IMG/VR virus record: IMGVR_UViG_3300024253_000012
Span: 1 to 25,978 of that record
DNA from: a virus
Taxonomy: Duplodnaviria; Caudoviricetes
Reading direction: 5' to 3' (one strand)
Length of the DNA: 25,978 nucleotides
A program made the translations under genes and the position numbers. The notes below the pieces were generated by a model, which saw only the letters and a program-made list of their open reading frames with translations, was not told the DNA's origin and made no database searches. Of the stretch, positions 1-8,671 are shown piece by piece. Each line of letters starts with the position of its first letter. Position 1 is the stretch's first letter.

Positions 1-186
1 ATCCCTTACAACCGCCGCCTCAATACCCTTTGACAATATCGTGTCGTACAAAATTCCAGAGTGATACGGAATTGTCATCTCGACTTCACCGGGGGTATGC
101 CATCGCCTAATCCATTTCATGATTGGGTCTTTTAACGCTCCGGTTCTCGCAAAAGCAGGAGTGCGAATATAAACCATGACATCCAT
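1..186 (-). CDS. Tail tip/baseplate hub protein, N-terminal part (ReqiPepy6 Gp37-like); runs off the window
   Basis: Not in ORF track. ATG at 186, 2 nt after the Dit stop; open to position 1: MDVMVYIRTPAFARTGALKDPIMKWIRRWHTPGEVEMTIPY...; W-x-RR-x4-GE-x-E motif and position after Dit. Confidence 0.7.
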   Translation of the reverse strand, partial: MDVMVYIRTPAFARTGALKDPIMKWIRRWHTPGEVEMTIPYHSGILYDTILSKGIEAAVVRD

Positions 187-188
187 GT

Positions 189-1064
189 TTACACCCCCTG
201 ATATCGCATATCGTCATAATAGAGCATGAAATACACGTAATCCGTATTCGATGCGTCGCCTCTGAGATAGCAATCTCCGACCGGAATCTTAAGCCATGTT
301 GCATCTTCCGGAACATCATTGAAGATATTTGTTTCGATCCCATCCCGCAAAAGCGTTGCGGTTATAGCATCGTCGTCTGTGTCTATTGTTACAACGTCCC
401 CCGCAAGCATGTCGTAGTCGATGTAGAAATATTCCTGCGTTAGAACATTTATGAGCTTTGGATTTGAAACGGCTGAAATTGCGGTTATAACAATTCTTAT
501 CGGCAACTCGTAATCGCCCGTATTTACAATGTGCGCCAGCAGGGATGCGGTTTGATAAGTAAATTCAATGCCCTCTTCCGGGATCTCAAGCGGGAATTCA
601 ATATTGTCCTGCCACGCCGCGATCCCAGTAGCAACCTGTGATTCACCGTCTCCGTTACGCCAGAAAGGGGATGCGCAGAAAAACACAATCTCAAAATCCG
701 GGAAGATATCTCCGCTTGGATCAGGTGCTTCTTTGACAACGCACGGGATGTATCTCGTATACAAAGAGTTTTCATAGACCAGCTTCCCGGTTGCGAGCGG
801 CTTCGTCGCACGAAGAAGTGTCTCTCGCGCTTGCGCGACATCATCTTCGATATCCGTGTTGATCTGACCAATGAGCGTTATGGATTGGGAAAGAAGATGG
901 TCCCCTGTAATCCTCGATCCCGGCCTTGATGTTTTTTGCGTCGTATATATGTCGGCGGATTGCCCGCCCATACCTTCCTGATCTTTCCAGAAATAAACCG
1001 AATCGGGCGAGAGCTCTATGCTCCCGCCCTCGTAAACGAACTTTATCTTTTCGTCTTGTCTCAT
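189..1064 (-). CDS. Distal tail protein (Dit, Sipho_tail family)
   Basis: 291 aa directly after TMP; FFCASPFW, NTGDYELPIRI and GDVVTIDT motifs typical of Dit. Confidence 0.85.
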   Translation of the reverse strand: MRQDEKIKFVYEGGSIELSPDSVYFWKDQEGMGGQSADIYTTQKTSRPGSRITGDHLLSQSITLIGQINTDIEDDVAQARETLLRATKPLATGKLVYENSLYTRYIPCVVKEAPDPSGDIFPDFEIVFFCASPFWRNGDGESQVATGIAAWQDNIEFPLEIPEEGIEFTYQTASLLAHIVNTGDYELPIRIVITAISAVSNPKLINVLTQEYFYIDYDMLAGDVVTIDTDDDAITATLLRDGIETNIFNDVPEDATWLKIPVGDCYLRGDASNTDYVYFMLYYDDMRYQGV

Positions 1065-4000
1065 GTGATGTTCCTCAACTCTTTACGTGCCAACCTTGCG
1101 AGCTCATATTCGTCGGGTTGCTTTGGCGTAATGATGTTCTGAGTGAAGTTGGTGGTTCTTGAAGCCGATCCGGCGGACGATCCAGTTGACCTAGCCCCGG
1201 ATTTCTTATCGACATTTGTAGCAACATCAAAGTCGCTCGCGGTAGGAGCAGTCCCCTTGAGCATATTCCTCATGGCTCTATAGGATGTCGCCTCGGACTT
1301 TGTGAGAACCATTTCACCTTCATGCGCTCTAAACAAATAATCGTCATAAGGTACATAGTCGAGTCCGCCTTTGTGCCCAAGGATATAGCCCGTACTGATA
1401 GGGTTTCCGTTTTTGAATCCCCCGTAGCTGAAAGAGATTCCGTTTTTGAATCCCCCGGTGCTGAATACGATGTTCACGCCGATTGTGATCGATGTTGGGA
1501 TTTCGGATATCGCCCTTGCGATTTCTTGCGCCATATAGACGATGTCTTTTCTTACTCCGCCGATGGCTTGCCCCATATCGTAATGTAAGCGTTGTAGAAA
1601 AGTGCTGAACGAATTTGATATCTCGGTGAACCCCTGCGAGAAAGCCGTAGAAAGTGCGCTTGAGGCGTCGCTGTAATCCATTGTGCTTATCTCGTCAACT
1701 ACCTTTTGTCCTGCCTGAGCACCCGCTCCAGCCGCGGATGAATTTACTTCGGCCTGAACAGACTCGATGGCGTCAGTAACTTTGTCCTTAATTACTGATG
1801 TGTCCACAGATTGTATAACGATATCTGCCGCTTGGCTTTGCGCGAGAGCAGACTGTTCTGAAAATTCCTTTCGCGCTTGCGCATTTGCCGCATAAGCATC
1901 GTTTAACTCCTGAATCTTGTCAGTTGTTCCTTTGACAATAGAATTAAGAATCTGAGCGTTCTCTTCGGTTGGTTTTGCAAACTGAGACAGGAGACCTTCG
2001 TCCAGTCCCATTTCTTGCGCTTTTTTCAGGTTCGCACTGTAACTGTCCCAGAAGTTCGTTTGTGATTTTTCGCCCTTAATATAGTAGTCGATGTTTTTCT
2101 TCGACGCGCCATCGAGCTTGTCACCGAATCCGGCAACACTGTCGGCGGCCGCGTTGATATTCTCAACTAATTTTTGATATTCTTCCGCGTTTTGCGCGAC
2201 GGATTCGGAAGAATCGTCCGTAGCATCTGTGTTTCCATCGATCGCATCCGTTGCCCCGGTAATTGATTCCGTCAGGTTATCGTACTTTTCCTTCTGATCA
2301 GAGACGGCTTCTTGTTGGGTTTTCTGTTCGCCTTCAAGCCGTTTAATCTCTTTACGCAGAGCAATTGCCTGAGCATTTTCAAGTAGAAACCGATTTCCGT
2401 TTGGATCTTCAACGTATCTCGTGTTTGCGTTATATCTCGCTTGCGCATCTGCGAGGTCTTGCGTGGTTTCCTTTAGAGCATTCTGAGCGTCTTGCAACTC
2501 TATTAAAGACTCTACCTGTCTGTCGATCATCGCAGCTTGATATGCCTGCTCAAACATGGCTTGAGTCTGATCACGGATTGCCTCCGTTGTCATGTTGAGC
2601 GTTCCGGTGGTTTCGTCGTACGTAAGGTTCAAATCTGAGACCGCCGTATTAAGTTGATCGACCACATTCTTAATCTCGGCGGAGTTGTTTTTATTCGTGC
2701 CTTGGGCTGCGGTCAGTATTTCGAGCTGTGTAATAAGCCCATCAACTGCGTCACCCTCGGCTTCGATACTGGAAATGCGGTCATCAAACGCCTTTGACGT
2801 TGATTCCATTTCGCTTCGCAATTCCTTGTTCGCTCGTATCTGATCTTCATACTTTTCTGTCCCATAATCAGTTGCGGACGCTGCCGCATATATTCCCGCC
2901 GTAAGCGCTGCCAGTGCGATGATGACAATCCCAATCGGACTCGCAGCGAGCGCCGCATGAAGCGCCACAATAGCGGGGATAACGATATTTAACGCCACCG
3001 AAGTACCAGTAAGCGCTATCGCAAGTGTCGCAAGCGCAGCCGCGAATCCAACGATCCCCTGTATCGCCGCAGGGTTCTCTTCCAAGAATGCATTGATCGC
3101 ATCAACCCAATCGGTCAAATCTGAAACCGAGTTCCTAATAAACGGATTGAGCTGATTCCCTATTGTAATTCCAAGAAGATTGGTGGAGTTTTTTAACAGC
3201 TGTATTTTGCTATCAGTCGTGTCATAGCGTTTTGACGCTTCTTCCGTGAGTGCGGTGTTTTCTTGGAAAGCGGTACTCGATAGTTCAATTGCGCTCGCAA
3301 GATCGCCCTGTGATGCTGATAATCTAAGCAACGCATCTCTCTGCCGAATCTCGGTGATCCCCATATCGCTAAGAACCGCAATGGCCTTGTCTCCGCTCTT
3401 TGCAAGCCCGTCCACGAACGCCGTAAACGCTCCGGTGGCATCTTCTTTGAACATGCTCGCAAACTGCTCTGCGGTCATGCCTGCGACTTCCGCGTACTTC
3501 TCAAGGTCTTTTATGTTGGTGTTGGCAGCAACCGAGATTTCAGACAGCGTTCTGCTGATTGCGGTTCCGCCTGCCTGCGACTCAAGTCCGGCAGAAGTGA
3601 GGGACGCGGCAAACGCCATGATGTCGGATGTACTCATGCCGACAAGGTGTCCAGCTGCCGCAATGCCCATCGCCATATCGACAATTTCAGATTCCAATGC
3701 TGAGGAATTGTTGCCCAGCTCAACGATTGACGATCCCAGATTGTCGTACTCGTCGGCGGTCATGCCGGTGATCTTCGCAAATCTCGCGAGTTGAGTTGCC
3801 GCCTGTTCAGCAGTTAAGTTTGTCGAAACGCCGAGTGCCGCCATTACCTCGCTAAAGCTTGTTACGTTTTCGGTCGCAATCCCGAGCTGTCCGGCAGTTT
3901 CGGCGATCTTAGCCAGTTCGGTTGTCGTAAGCGGGATTTCCGTGGACATCTTAAGGATTTCATCGTTGATCTGCGCCAACTGCTCTGGTGTACCTTCTAC

Positions 4001-4711
4001 GGTCTTTTTAACGCCTGTAAATGCAGATTCCCATTCAATCGACGCATCGACAGCCTGCTTGAACAGATCAACAAGTTTTTCAACGCTTATGTACAGTCCC
4101 GCCGACATGAGCGTTTGCGCCAAACCGTCGAACGCTTCTTTACCGGTTTTGCCGAACTGCTTTGTTTCTTCTCCTGCTTGAGCGACTTTCTTCCCGTATT
4201 GATCGATCGAGGATGCCGTCCCGGTTGCGGATTTCTTCGCCTCTTCAAGGTACTTGGCGTTATCTTTCAGTTGGTTATCTAATTTCGCAACTTCCGTCTC
4301 AGCTTTGGTCACATCTCCGCTGTACTTAGCTGTTGCGTTTTGAGCCTTTTGCAAGTTCTCCTGAGCGGTGATTAATTGCTTAGCGAGCTTTCCTTCGGCA
4401 TCACCCTCTGACGCTATACGGGTCTTTAGAGTGTCGATTTCTTTTGAATACTTCTCAACTGCGCTTTTTGCGGTTTCATTGGCGGTTTTAACAAGAGCAA
4501 CCTTCGACTTGGCCGTTTCATAAAGCGCATTCAATGCCTGCTGCTTAGCAACCAGTGCCGACATTGAATTGGATTGCCCCTTGAATTGTTCGTCCAAAAG
4601 CCTGACGCCGGAGCGAAGATTTGACATTTCACGATTTACATTCGTCAGCGCGGCTTTGTATTGCTGCTCTCCATCAATCTTGAGCAATGTAGATACAACG
4701 CGTTCAGGCAT
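1061..4711 (-). CDS. Tape measure protein (TP901-family core)
   Basis: ~1216 aa, Ala-rich and helical; ESAFTGVKKT / IAETAGQLGI / GGTAISR core; hydrophobic segment; start placed at ATG 4711 (MPERVV) after AAGGAG. Confidence 0.95.
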   Translation of the reverse strand: MPERVVSTLLKIDGEQQYKAALTNVNREMSNLRSGVRLLDEQFKGQSNSMSALVAKQQALNALYETAKSKVALVKTANETAKSAVEKYSKEIDTLKTRIASEGDAEGKLAKQLITAQENLQKAQNATAKYSGDVTKAETEVAKLDNQLKDNAKYLEEAKKSATGTASSIDQYGKKVAQAGEETKQFGKTGKEAFDGLAQTLMSAGLYISVEKLVDLFKQAVDASIEWESAFTGVKKTVEGTPEQLAQINDEILKMSTEIPLTTTELAKIAETAGQLGIATENVTSFSEVMAALGVSTNLTAEQAATQLARFAKITGMTADEYDNLGSSIVELGNNSSALESEIVDMAMGIAAAGHLVGMSTSDIMAFAASLTSAGLESQAGGTAISRTLSEISVAANTNIKDLEKYAEVAGMTAEQFASMFKEDATGAFTAFVDGLAKSGDKAIAVLSDMGITEIRQRDALLRLSASQGDLASAIELSSTAFQENTALTEEASKRYDTTDSKIQLLKNSTNLLGITIGNQLNPFIRNSVSDLTDWVDAINAFLEENPAAIQGIVGFAAALATLAIALTGTSVALNIVIPAIVALHAALAASPIGIVIIALAALTAGIYAAASATDYGTEKYEDQIRANKELRSEMESTSKAFDDRISSIEAEGDAVDGLITQLEILTAAQGTNKNNSAEIKNVVDQLNTAVSDLNLTYDETTGTLNMTTEAIRDQTQAMFEQAYQAAMIDRQVESLIELQDAQNALKETTQDLADAQARYNANTRYVEDPNGNRFLLENAQAIALRKEIKRLEGEQKTQQEAVSDQKEKYDNLTESITGATDAIDGNTDATDDSSESVAQNAEEYQKLVENINAAADSVAGFGDKLDGASKKNIDYYIKGEKSQTNFWDSYSANLKKAQEMGLDEGLLSQFAKPTEENAQILNSIVKGTTDKIQELNDAYAANAQARKEFSEQSALAQSQAADIVIQSVDTSVIKDKVTDAIESVQAEVNSSAAGAGAQAGQKVVDEISTMDYSDASSALSTAFSQGFTEISNSFSTFLQRLHYDMGQAIGGVRKDIVYMAQEIARAISEIPTSITIGVNIVFSTGGFKNGISFSYGGFKNGNPISTGYILGHKGGLDYVPYDDYLFRAHEGEMVLTKSEATSYRAMRNMLKGTAPTASDFDVATNVDKKSGARSTGSSAGSASRTTNFTQNIITPKQPDEYELARLARKELRNIT
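1405..1457. repeat. 20-bp direct repeat with 33-bp period in the TMP 3' region
   Basis: TTCCGTTTTTGAATCCCCCG at 1405-1424 and 1438-1457; encodes GGFKNG twice. Confidence 0.9.
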
Positions 4712-4850
4712 CCTTCTCACTCCTTTGCTTTTGGACTTCCAACATATCCATAATTATTCCGATCGGTGTTTTATACGCTTCTTCAACGGAAAGCCCAAGC
4801 ACCGTAACAGCAGCCACAAGAAAATGCGCGCGAGTAGCACTCTTGCCTTT
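4704..4850 (-). CDS. gpT-like -1 frame extension of the tail chaperone (gpGT, ~158 aa in total)
   Basis: The -1 frame after GAA AAA AAA AAG reads KGKSATRAHFLVAAVTVLGLSVEEAYKTPIGIIMDMLEVQKQRSEKDA* and stops at 4704, overlapping the TMP start. Confidence 0.8.
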   Translation of the reverse strand, partial: KGKSATRAHFLVAAVTVLGLSVEEAYKTPIGIIMDMLEVQKQRSEKDA

Positions 4851-5179
4851 TTTTTTTCGATTTTTGCCAAGGTCTTGCTGACCGTTTCCGGCTTGACTTC
4901 TCTTCGGTTCGCTCTGACAATTGCCTGAATAACCGCCGTCTCAAGCAACAATGTTTCAAGAGGCGTATATTCCTTGTTGTCATAGGTCTCGGAAGAACCG
5001 GCAGCTTTTGCCATTTCGTTAGCAAGATAGAAAATGGCGCTCGATTTCTCGGCGCCGGTTAAATCCAGGATTTCATCTATATTCAGTTCGTATTTATCCA
5101 TCGCGTCATACATAACGCTGGCGGTGTAAAGGAACCTGTGTTTCTTTCCGAGCAAATCAAATTCAAGCGTTCTTTCCAT
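4754..5179 (-). CDS. Tail assembly chaperone (gpG-like), 0-frame product
   Basis: Between MTP and TMP; GGAGG RBS before ATG 5179 (MERTLEF); A10 run at 4848-4857. Confidence 0.8.
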   Translation of the reverse strand: MERTLEFDLLGKKHRFLYTASVMYDAMDKYELNIDEILDLTGAEKSSAIFYLANEMAKAAGSSETYDNKEYTPLETLLLETAVIQAIVRANRREVKPETVSKTLAKIEKKKARVLLARIFLWLLLRCLGFPLKKRIKHRSE

Positions 5180-5192
5180 GCTTCCTCCAATG

Positions 5193-5223
5193 AAAAAAGG
5201 GGAGAGGTGCATTGCCTCTCCCC
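5193..5223 (-). terminator. Intrinsic terminator after the major tail gene
   Basis: GGGGAGAGG-CAATGCA-CCTCTCCCC-TTTTTT: perfect 9-bp stem plus U6. Confidence 0.85.
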
Positions 5224-5230
5224 GCGTCGG

Positions 5231-6010
5231 TTACGCGGTCTTGATGATCGCGATTTCGTGATTCGCCGCAATCGAACTGATGGTATAGGCCCCATCGGTG
5301 AGCGTGACGGCCACGCCATTGTCGTAAACGGCAGTAGGCGTTCCCGTAACCGTAATGACGAGGTTGCCGCCAGACGCGACAAAGTTTGTTCCATCCTTGT
5401 CGGCGCTGATCCCATCGCCCTGCACCATGACATCGACGCGATAGACCGTTGCAACGTTGAGAAGAGTTCTGCACCACGCAAGCGCGGCCGCGAGAGTGGT
5501 TAATTCTTCCTCAACCTTCCAATCTCCATCCGTGTCAGAGAACAGTTCGAACGGAAGCTGACGTGTCTGGAATGTAACCCCGTTCTCTTTCGTTTTCGCA
5601 GACTTATTGGATAGTTTGGCTTTTGCCTTGAGATACGCAGTGCAACGGAAAAATGTTTCGTCGTCTTCGTTCTCAAGTTCCTCGATCGTAGCGATACCGA
5701 CATACGGGGGTTTATCGTTCTCGCCGTAAACGAGCTTCGTTCCATCCATCCGGCAACCGAGCAGGGCAATCGATGCCGCTGCATCAAGTTCGTCCATCGT
5801 CGGCGTAAACGTTCCGCCCGTGAACTTGGAACGGTAATGCTTTCGAGATCCATTCAGCCATAATTCGCCGGAAGCAACCGTTACTGCTTCGTCGGCGGAT
5901 GCAAGCTGTGCGACTTCAAATCCAGTGCCATAGGTCGGGAGACCGCCTCCGGCATCAGAGGAAATAGGAGCTGCGAATAAATATTCGCACCCCACTACAG
6001 TTTTGTTCAT
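5231..6010 (-). CDS. Major tail tube protein (phi13-like) with C-terminal beta-rich accessory domain
   Basis: 259 aa; PPYVGIA and KTKENGVTFQT motifs; position before the chaperone; GGAGG RBS. Confidence 0.88.
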   Translation of the reverse strand: MNKTVVGCEYLFAAPISSDAGGGLPTYGTGFEVAQLASADEAVTVASGELWLNGSRKHYRSKFTGGTFTPTMDELDAAASIALLGCRMDGTKLVYGENDKPPYVGIATIEELENEDDETFFRCTAYLKAKAKLSNKSAKTKENGVTFQTRQLPFELFSDTDGDWKVEEELTTLAAALAWCRTLLNVATVYRVDVMVQGDGISADKDGTNFVASGGNLVITVTGTPTAVYDNGVAVTLTDGAYTISSIAANHEIAIIKTA

Positions 6011-6025
6011 TTCTTACCTCCTGAT

Positions 6026-6496
6026 TTATTCAAGTTGACTTGCGACGTAATCTGCAAAGATGCTTGCGGCGATTTCCGCACATTCATCAGCTTTATCTTC
6101 ATTTGCTCTTGCGATGAAGTTTCTCCTAGACATGCGTTGTCCGCCAGCACCATCGCCAATTCCGTATTCGTTAAAGAATGCAACCTCGGCGTTTCGGGTC
6201 TTGCCTCCGCGTCGAGTTCCAAAAAACGCGATTTTGATCCCGCGAGAACCTTCCCTAGAAAACGGGCTCGTTACACGAATCGCCGATCGCGTTGTTCCAG
6301 TCCCGTATCCCCTTTCATTCAGCATCGTCCCGGCGTTCTTTCTTTGCTCATTCGCCACGATATTTGCCTGCGCAACGAGTATCGAGTCCTGAACCTCATA
6401 AGAGGCCTCGCTATACTTCGAAGAAAGGCGACCCGTGGTCGAAACGACTTTCGATCCTCCAACCAGAGTGTCTTTTTCCAAAATAAACCTAGCCAT
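6026..6496 (-). CDS. HK97 gp10-like tail completion protein
   Basis: TG-x-TRSAI, RNAEVAFFNEYG and RNFIARA motifs; start 6496 via TAATG overlap. Confidence 0.75.
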   Translation of the reverse strand: MARFILEKDTLVGGSKVVSTTGRLSSKYSEASYEVQDSILVAQANIVANEQRKNAGTMLNERGYGTGTTRSAIRVTSPFSREGSRGIKIAFFGTRRGGKTRNAEVAFFNEYGIGDGAGGQRMSRRNFIARANEDKADECAEIAASIFADYVASQLE

Positions 6497-6840
6497 TAGA
6501 TCTTCCTCGCACATGAAAACTCGAAGATGATCCGAGTCTCAACCGTTCCTTCGCTTTCCTTGTCGTTGCTCGCGTCAATCAAGTCCGGGTATGAAAATCC
6601 AGCGGAGAATAGCGCGTCTTTTATGGAATCTCTTATCGATACATCGTCATAAGTGATCGGAGCAACAAGGTGCAGCACGATCGAATATCGTACTTTTGTC
6701 GGTCTGTTGTTTCTAAACCGAGTTGGGACAGAATCAACCATGAGAATGAAATACGTTGATGCTGTTCCAGTATTCCTTTTCCGATACACCGGAATGCCAG
6801 TGAAAGAAACCGCCGTGCTGACGTCCGCTTCTACGCTCAT
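6496..6840 (-). CDS. Putative tail terminator/neck protein
   Basis: 114 aa from ATGA overlap at 6840; IKDALFSAGF motif; neck position. Confidence 0.55.
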   Translation of the reverse strand: MSVEADVSTAVSFTGIPVYRKRNTGTASTYFILMVDSVPTRFRNNRPTKVRYSIVLHLVAPITYDDVSIRDSIKDALFSAGFSYPDLIDASNDKESEGTVETRIIFEFSCARKI

Positions 6841-7169
6841 GCAGGGATCACCCGCTTTACTTTGATTTCCAGCCACCTATTCCGCTGCTCAACGTTGTCT
6901 ATGCTCACAATCTCCCACGGATCAGACCCCTTATATACAAGCTGTCTTTCGTTGACCAACGGGGAATAGCGCATTGTGATCGTCGCGAGTTCTCCAAGAT
7001 TGAGCCTCATGTTGTCAACCGTCTCCGTTCCATGCGCGTTCTGCCATAGGCATTTGGCGACTAAAACAGTAGATTCGGAACACGTTGGTGTTTTGTTCAC
7101 ATCCGTGCCGTTGGTTACGGATTTGATTGTGATGCTGGTCTTGAGTTTTCCAATCGGAGCTTCTTTCAT
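6837..7169 (-). CDS. Head closure protein (SPP1 gp16 / HK97 gp7-like)
   Basis: 110 aa; IGKL..SITI, ITMRY, WEIVSIDNV...WLEI motifs. Confidence 0.85.
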   Translation of the reverse strand: MKEAPIGKLKTSITIKSVTNGTDVNKTPTCSESTVLVAKCLWQNAHGTETVDNMRLNLGELATITMRYSPLVNERQLVYKGSDPWEIVSIDNVEQRNRWLEIKVKRVIPA

Positions 7170-7711
7170 AGAAAGAACACCTTCTTGCTGTCCAGCATGA
7201 GATTCACCTTGTCTTCCACGTTCTTTGGAAGCTCCTTGTCGCCACGGTTGTCGTACCAGTAAGCAATCAATACGAGCATCGCCCGGCGGATGACGCGGGG
7301 AAGAGCGGTATGCCCTGCGGTATAGGTGATCTTAATCGGTTTCGCTATGCTTGGAATAAAATAAGGCAGTTCCTTGAATGCCAACTTCCCGCAGCTTTCA
7401 TCGAGCTTATAGTTGTCCGCACTCATGGTTGTCTCGGCTCCGTCATAGTCCGTATATTTCACGGACAATATCCCAACGATTGGATGCATCGGTAGCTGCA
7501 TCTCATAGCTGAATTTCTCAGGGAATGCTTCGATAGTCTGCGCCGCCAGTGCTCGGCCTGTGATTCCTTCGCAGTATTCTCGCGCGTCTTTAATGAGATC
7601 GCCGATGTACGTATCGTCGGAGACATCAATAGCGGTGACATGTGCTTTCGCCTCTGTAGAGGTAAGCAGTTCGTCGGAAGGCGGCACCGATACGACGTAG
7701 TACATATTCAC
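7166..7711 (-). CDS. Head-tail connector (HK97 gp6 / phiE125 gp8-like)
   Basis: EAKAH...DDTYIGDLI..AREYCE..TGRAL and IAYWYDNR motifs; start GTG 7711 or ATG 7705. Confidence 0.88.
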   Translation of the reverse strand: MNMYYVVSVPPSDELLTSTEAKAHVTAIDVSDDTYIGDLIKDAREYCEGITGRALAAQTIEAFPEKFSYEMQLPMHPIVGILSVKYTDYDGAETTMSADNYKLDESCGKLAFKELPYFIPSIAKPIKITYTAGHTALPRVIRRAMLVLIAYWYDNRGDKELPKNVEDKVNLMLDSKKVFFL

Positions 7712-7875
7712 TTCCCCTTTTTCTTTTTTTTAGGCGCTTCGGTCGGTACTTCCAGAGACACAGCAAACCCGCTATTAATCAGCAACTTCGCTTCCGTTTC
7801 CGAAACGTCAATGATAGAACCAGGGCGAATGTTTCCACCCGCCCCGGCCGTGCTTTTAAGCATTTTTACTTTCAT
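7708..7875 (-). CDS. 55-aa head-associated small protein
   Basis: Not in ORF track. MKVKMLKSTAGAGGNIRPGSIIDVSETEAKLLINSGFAVSLEVPTEAPKKKKKGK*; ATGA and GTGA overlaps with both neighbours. Confidence 0.8.
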   Translation of the reverse strand: MKVKMLKSTAGAGGNIRPGSIIDVSETEAKLLINSGFAVSLEVPTEAPKKKKKGK

Positions 7876-8189
7876 TCGGTCTCAACCTGTTTGAAGGCTT
7901 GCAGCGTGTCAATGATCGCCGCAATTGCCGTTCTTGCTTCGGCATCCACAGTTGTGCCGTCTGCCGGGTCGGCAATCAGCGCATGCGCCGTGCCACTCGC
8001 CACGACCGCACCAACCCCGTCGAGCTTATTCAGCTCGTCAGCGGTAGCCGTCACTTCAGTTCCATTGATAGCAACCTTCTTGATGTCGAGCGTTGCCGCA
8101 GAAGCGTCGAAACGCGCGATTTCATTCCCGCTCTGGTCGAAAAAGACAAGATCGCTATCAACCCATTTGCTTGTTACACCGGAGTACAT
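7872..8189 (-). CDS. Putative head fibre/accessory virion protein
   Basis: 105 aa with a VTATADELNKLDG fibre-type motif; GGAGG RBS; lies in the head module. Confidence 0.55.
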   Translation of the reverse strand: MYSGVTSKWVDSDLVFFDQSGNEIARFDASAATLDIKKVAINGTEVTATADELNKLDGVGAVVASGTAHALIADPADGTTVDAEARTAIAAIIDTLQAFKQVETE

Positions 8190-8200
8190 ACGTTACCTCC

Positions 8201-8659
8201 TTAGACGATGCGGCTTTCGGGAACGTCCTTATCCTCGCGCACTTCGAGCGGGATGAACAGAAGCCCCGCAAGCACGGGGGAGTCGGTGGACTCGACAGCC
8301 TTCAGGCGAACGTAGCCGTAGCCGGAAGCGCCAAGACGCGCGGCATCGACGTAGAACACGTTGACCTGAGACGAACCAGCGGTCAACGCAACTCCAGAAG
8401 AAGTTGCTTTTCCGAGTGCGGCAAAGGCATCTGCGCTCGTGTTCTTCTGATACTCGAACGCGATTGCGGACGTGTTGGTCGGAACCACGTCGTCGCATGC
8501 CTCAATGGTGATGGTGGACACGCCCGTGGCTCCGACGCCCTTATACAGGACAAATGCGCCGCGGATGATGTTCTTCATGTTGATGACATCGCTGTACACG
8601 GTTCCGGTCAGCGCGTCAGCAACAGGGTCAAGCCCTTTAACGGGATGTAAATATTTCAT
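8201..8659 (-). CDS. Putative capsid decoration/cement protein
   Basis: 152 aa, beta-rich, immediately after MCP with AGGAGG RBS; YVRL motif. Confidence 0.55.
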   Translation of the reverse strand: MKYLHPVKGLDPVADALTGTVYSDVINMKNIIRGAFVLYKGVGATGVSTITIEACDDVVPTNTSAIAFEYQKNTSADAFAALGKATSSGVALTAGSSQVNVFYVDAARLGASGYGYVRLKAVESTDSPVLAGLLFIPLEVREDKDVPESRIV

Positions 8660-8671
8660 GTTGTACCTCCT

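Noticed and set aside
3246-3794. Plus-strand ORFs opposite real genes (also 8093-8650, 10359-10832, 17973-18527, 20444-20980, 23190-23699)
   Set aside because: All fully overlap well-supported minus-strand genes and have shadow-like composition
4783-5025. 80-aa ORF as the chaperone frameshift partner
   Set aside because: It is the +1 frame, stops at 4783 and lacks the gpT-like pattern; the -1 frame fits better
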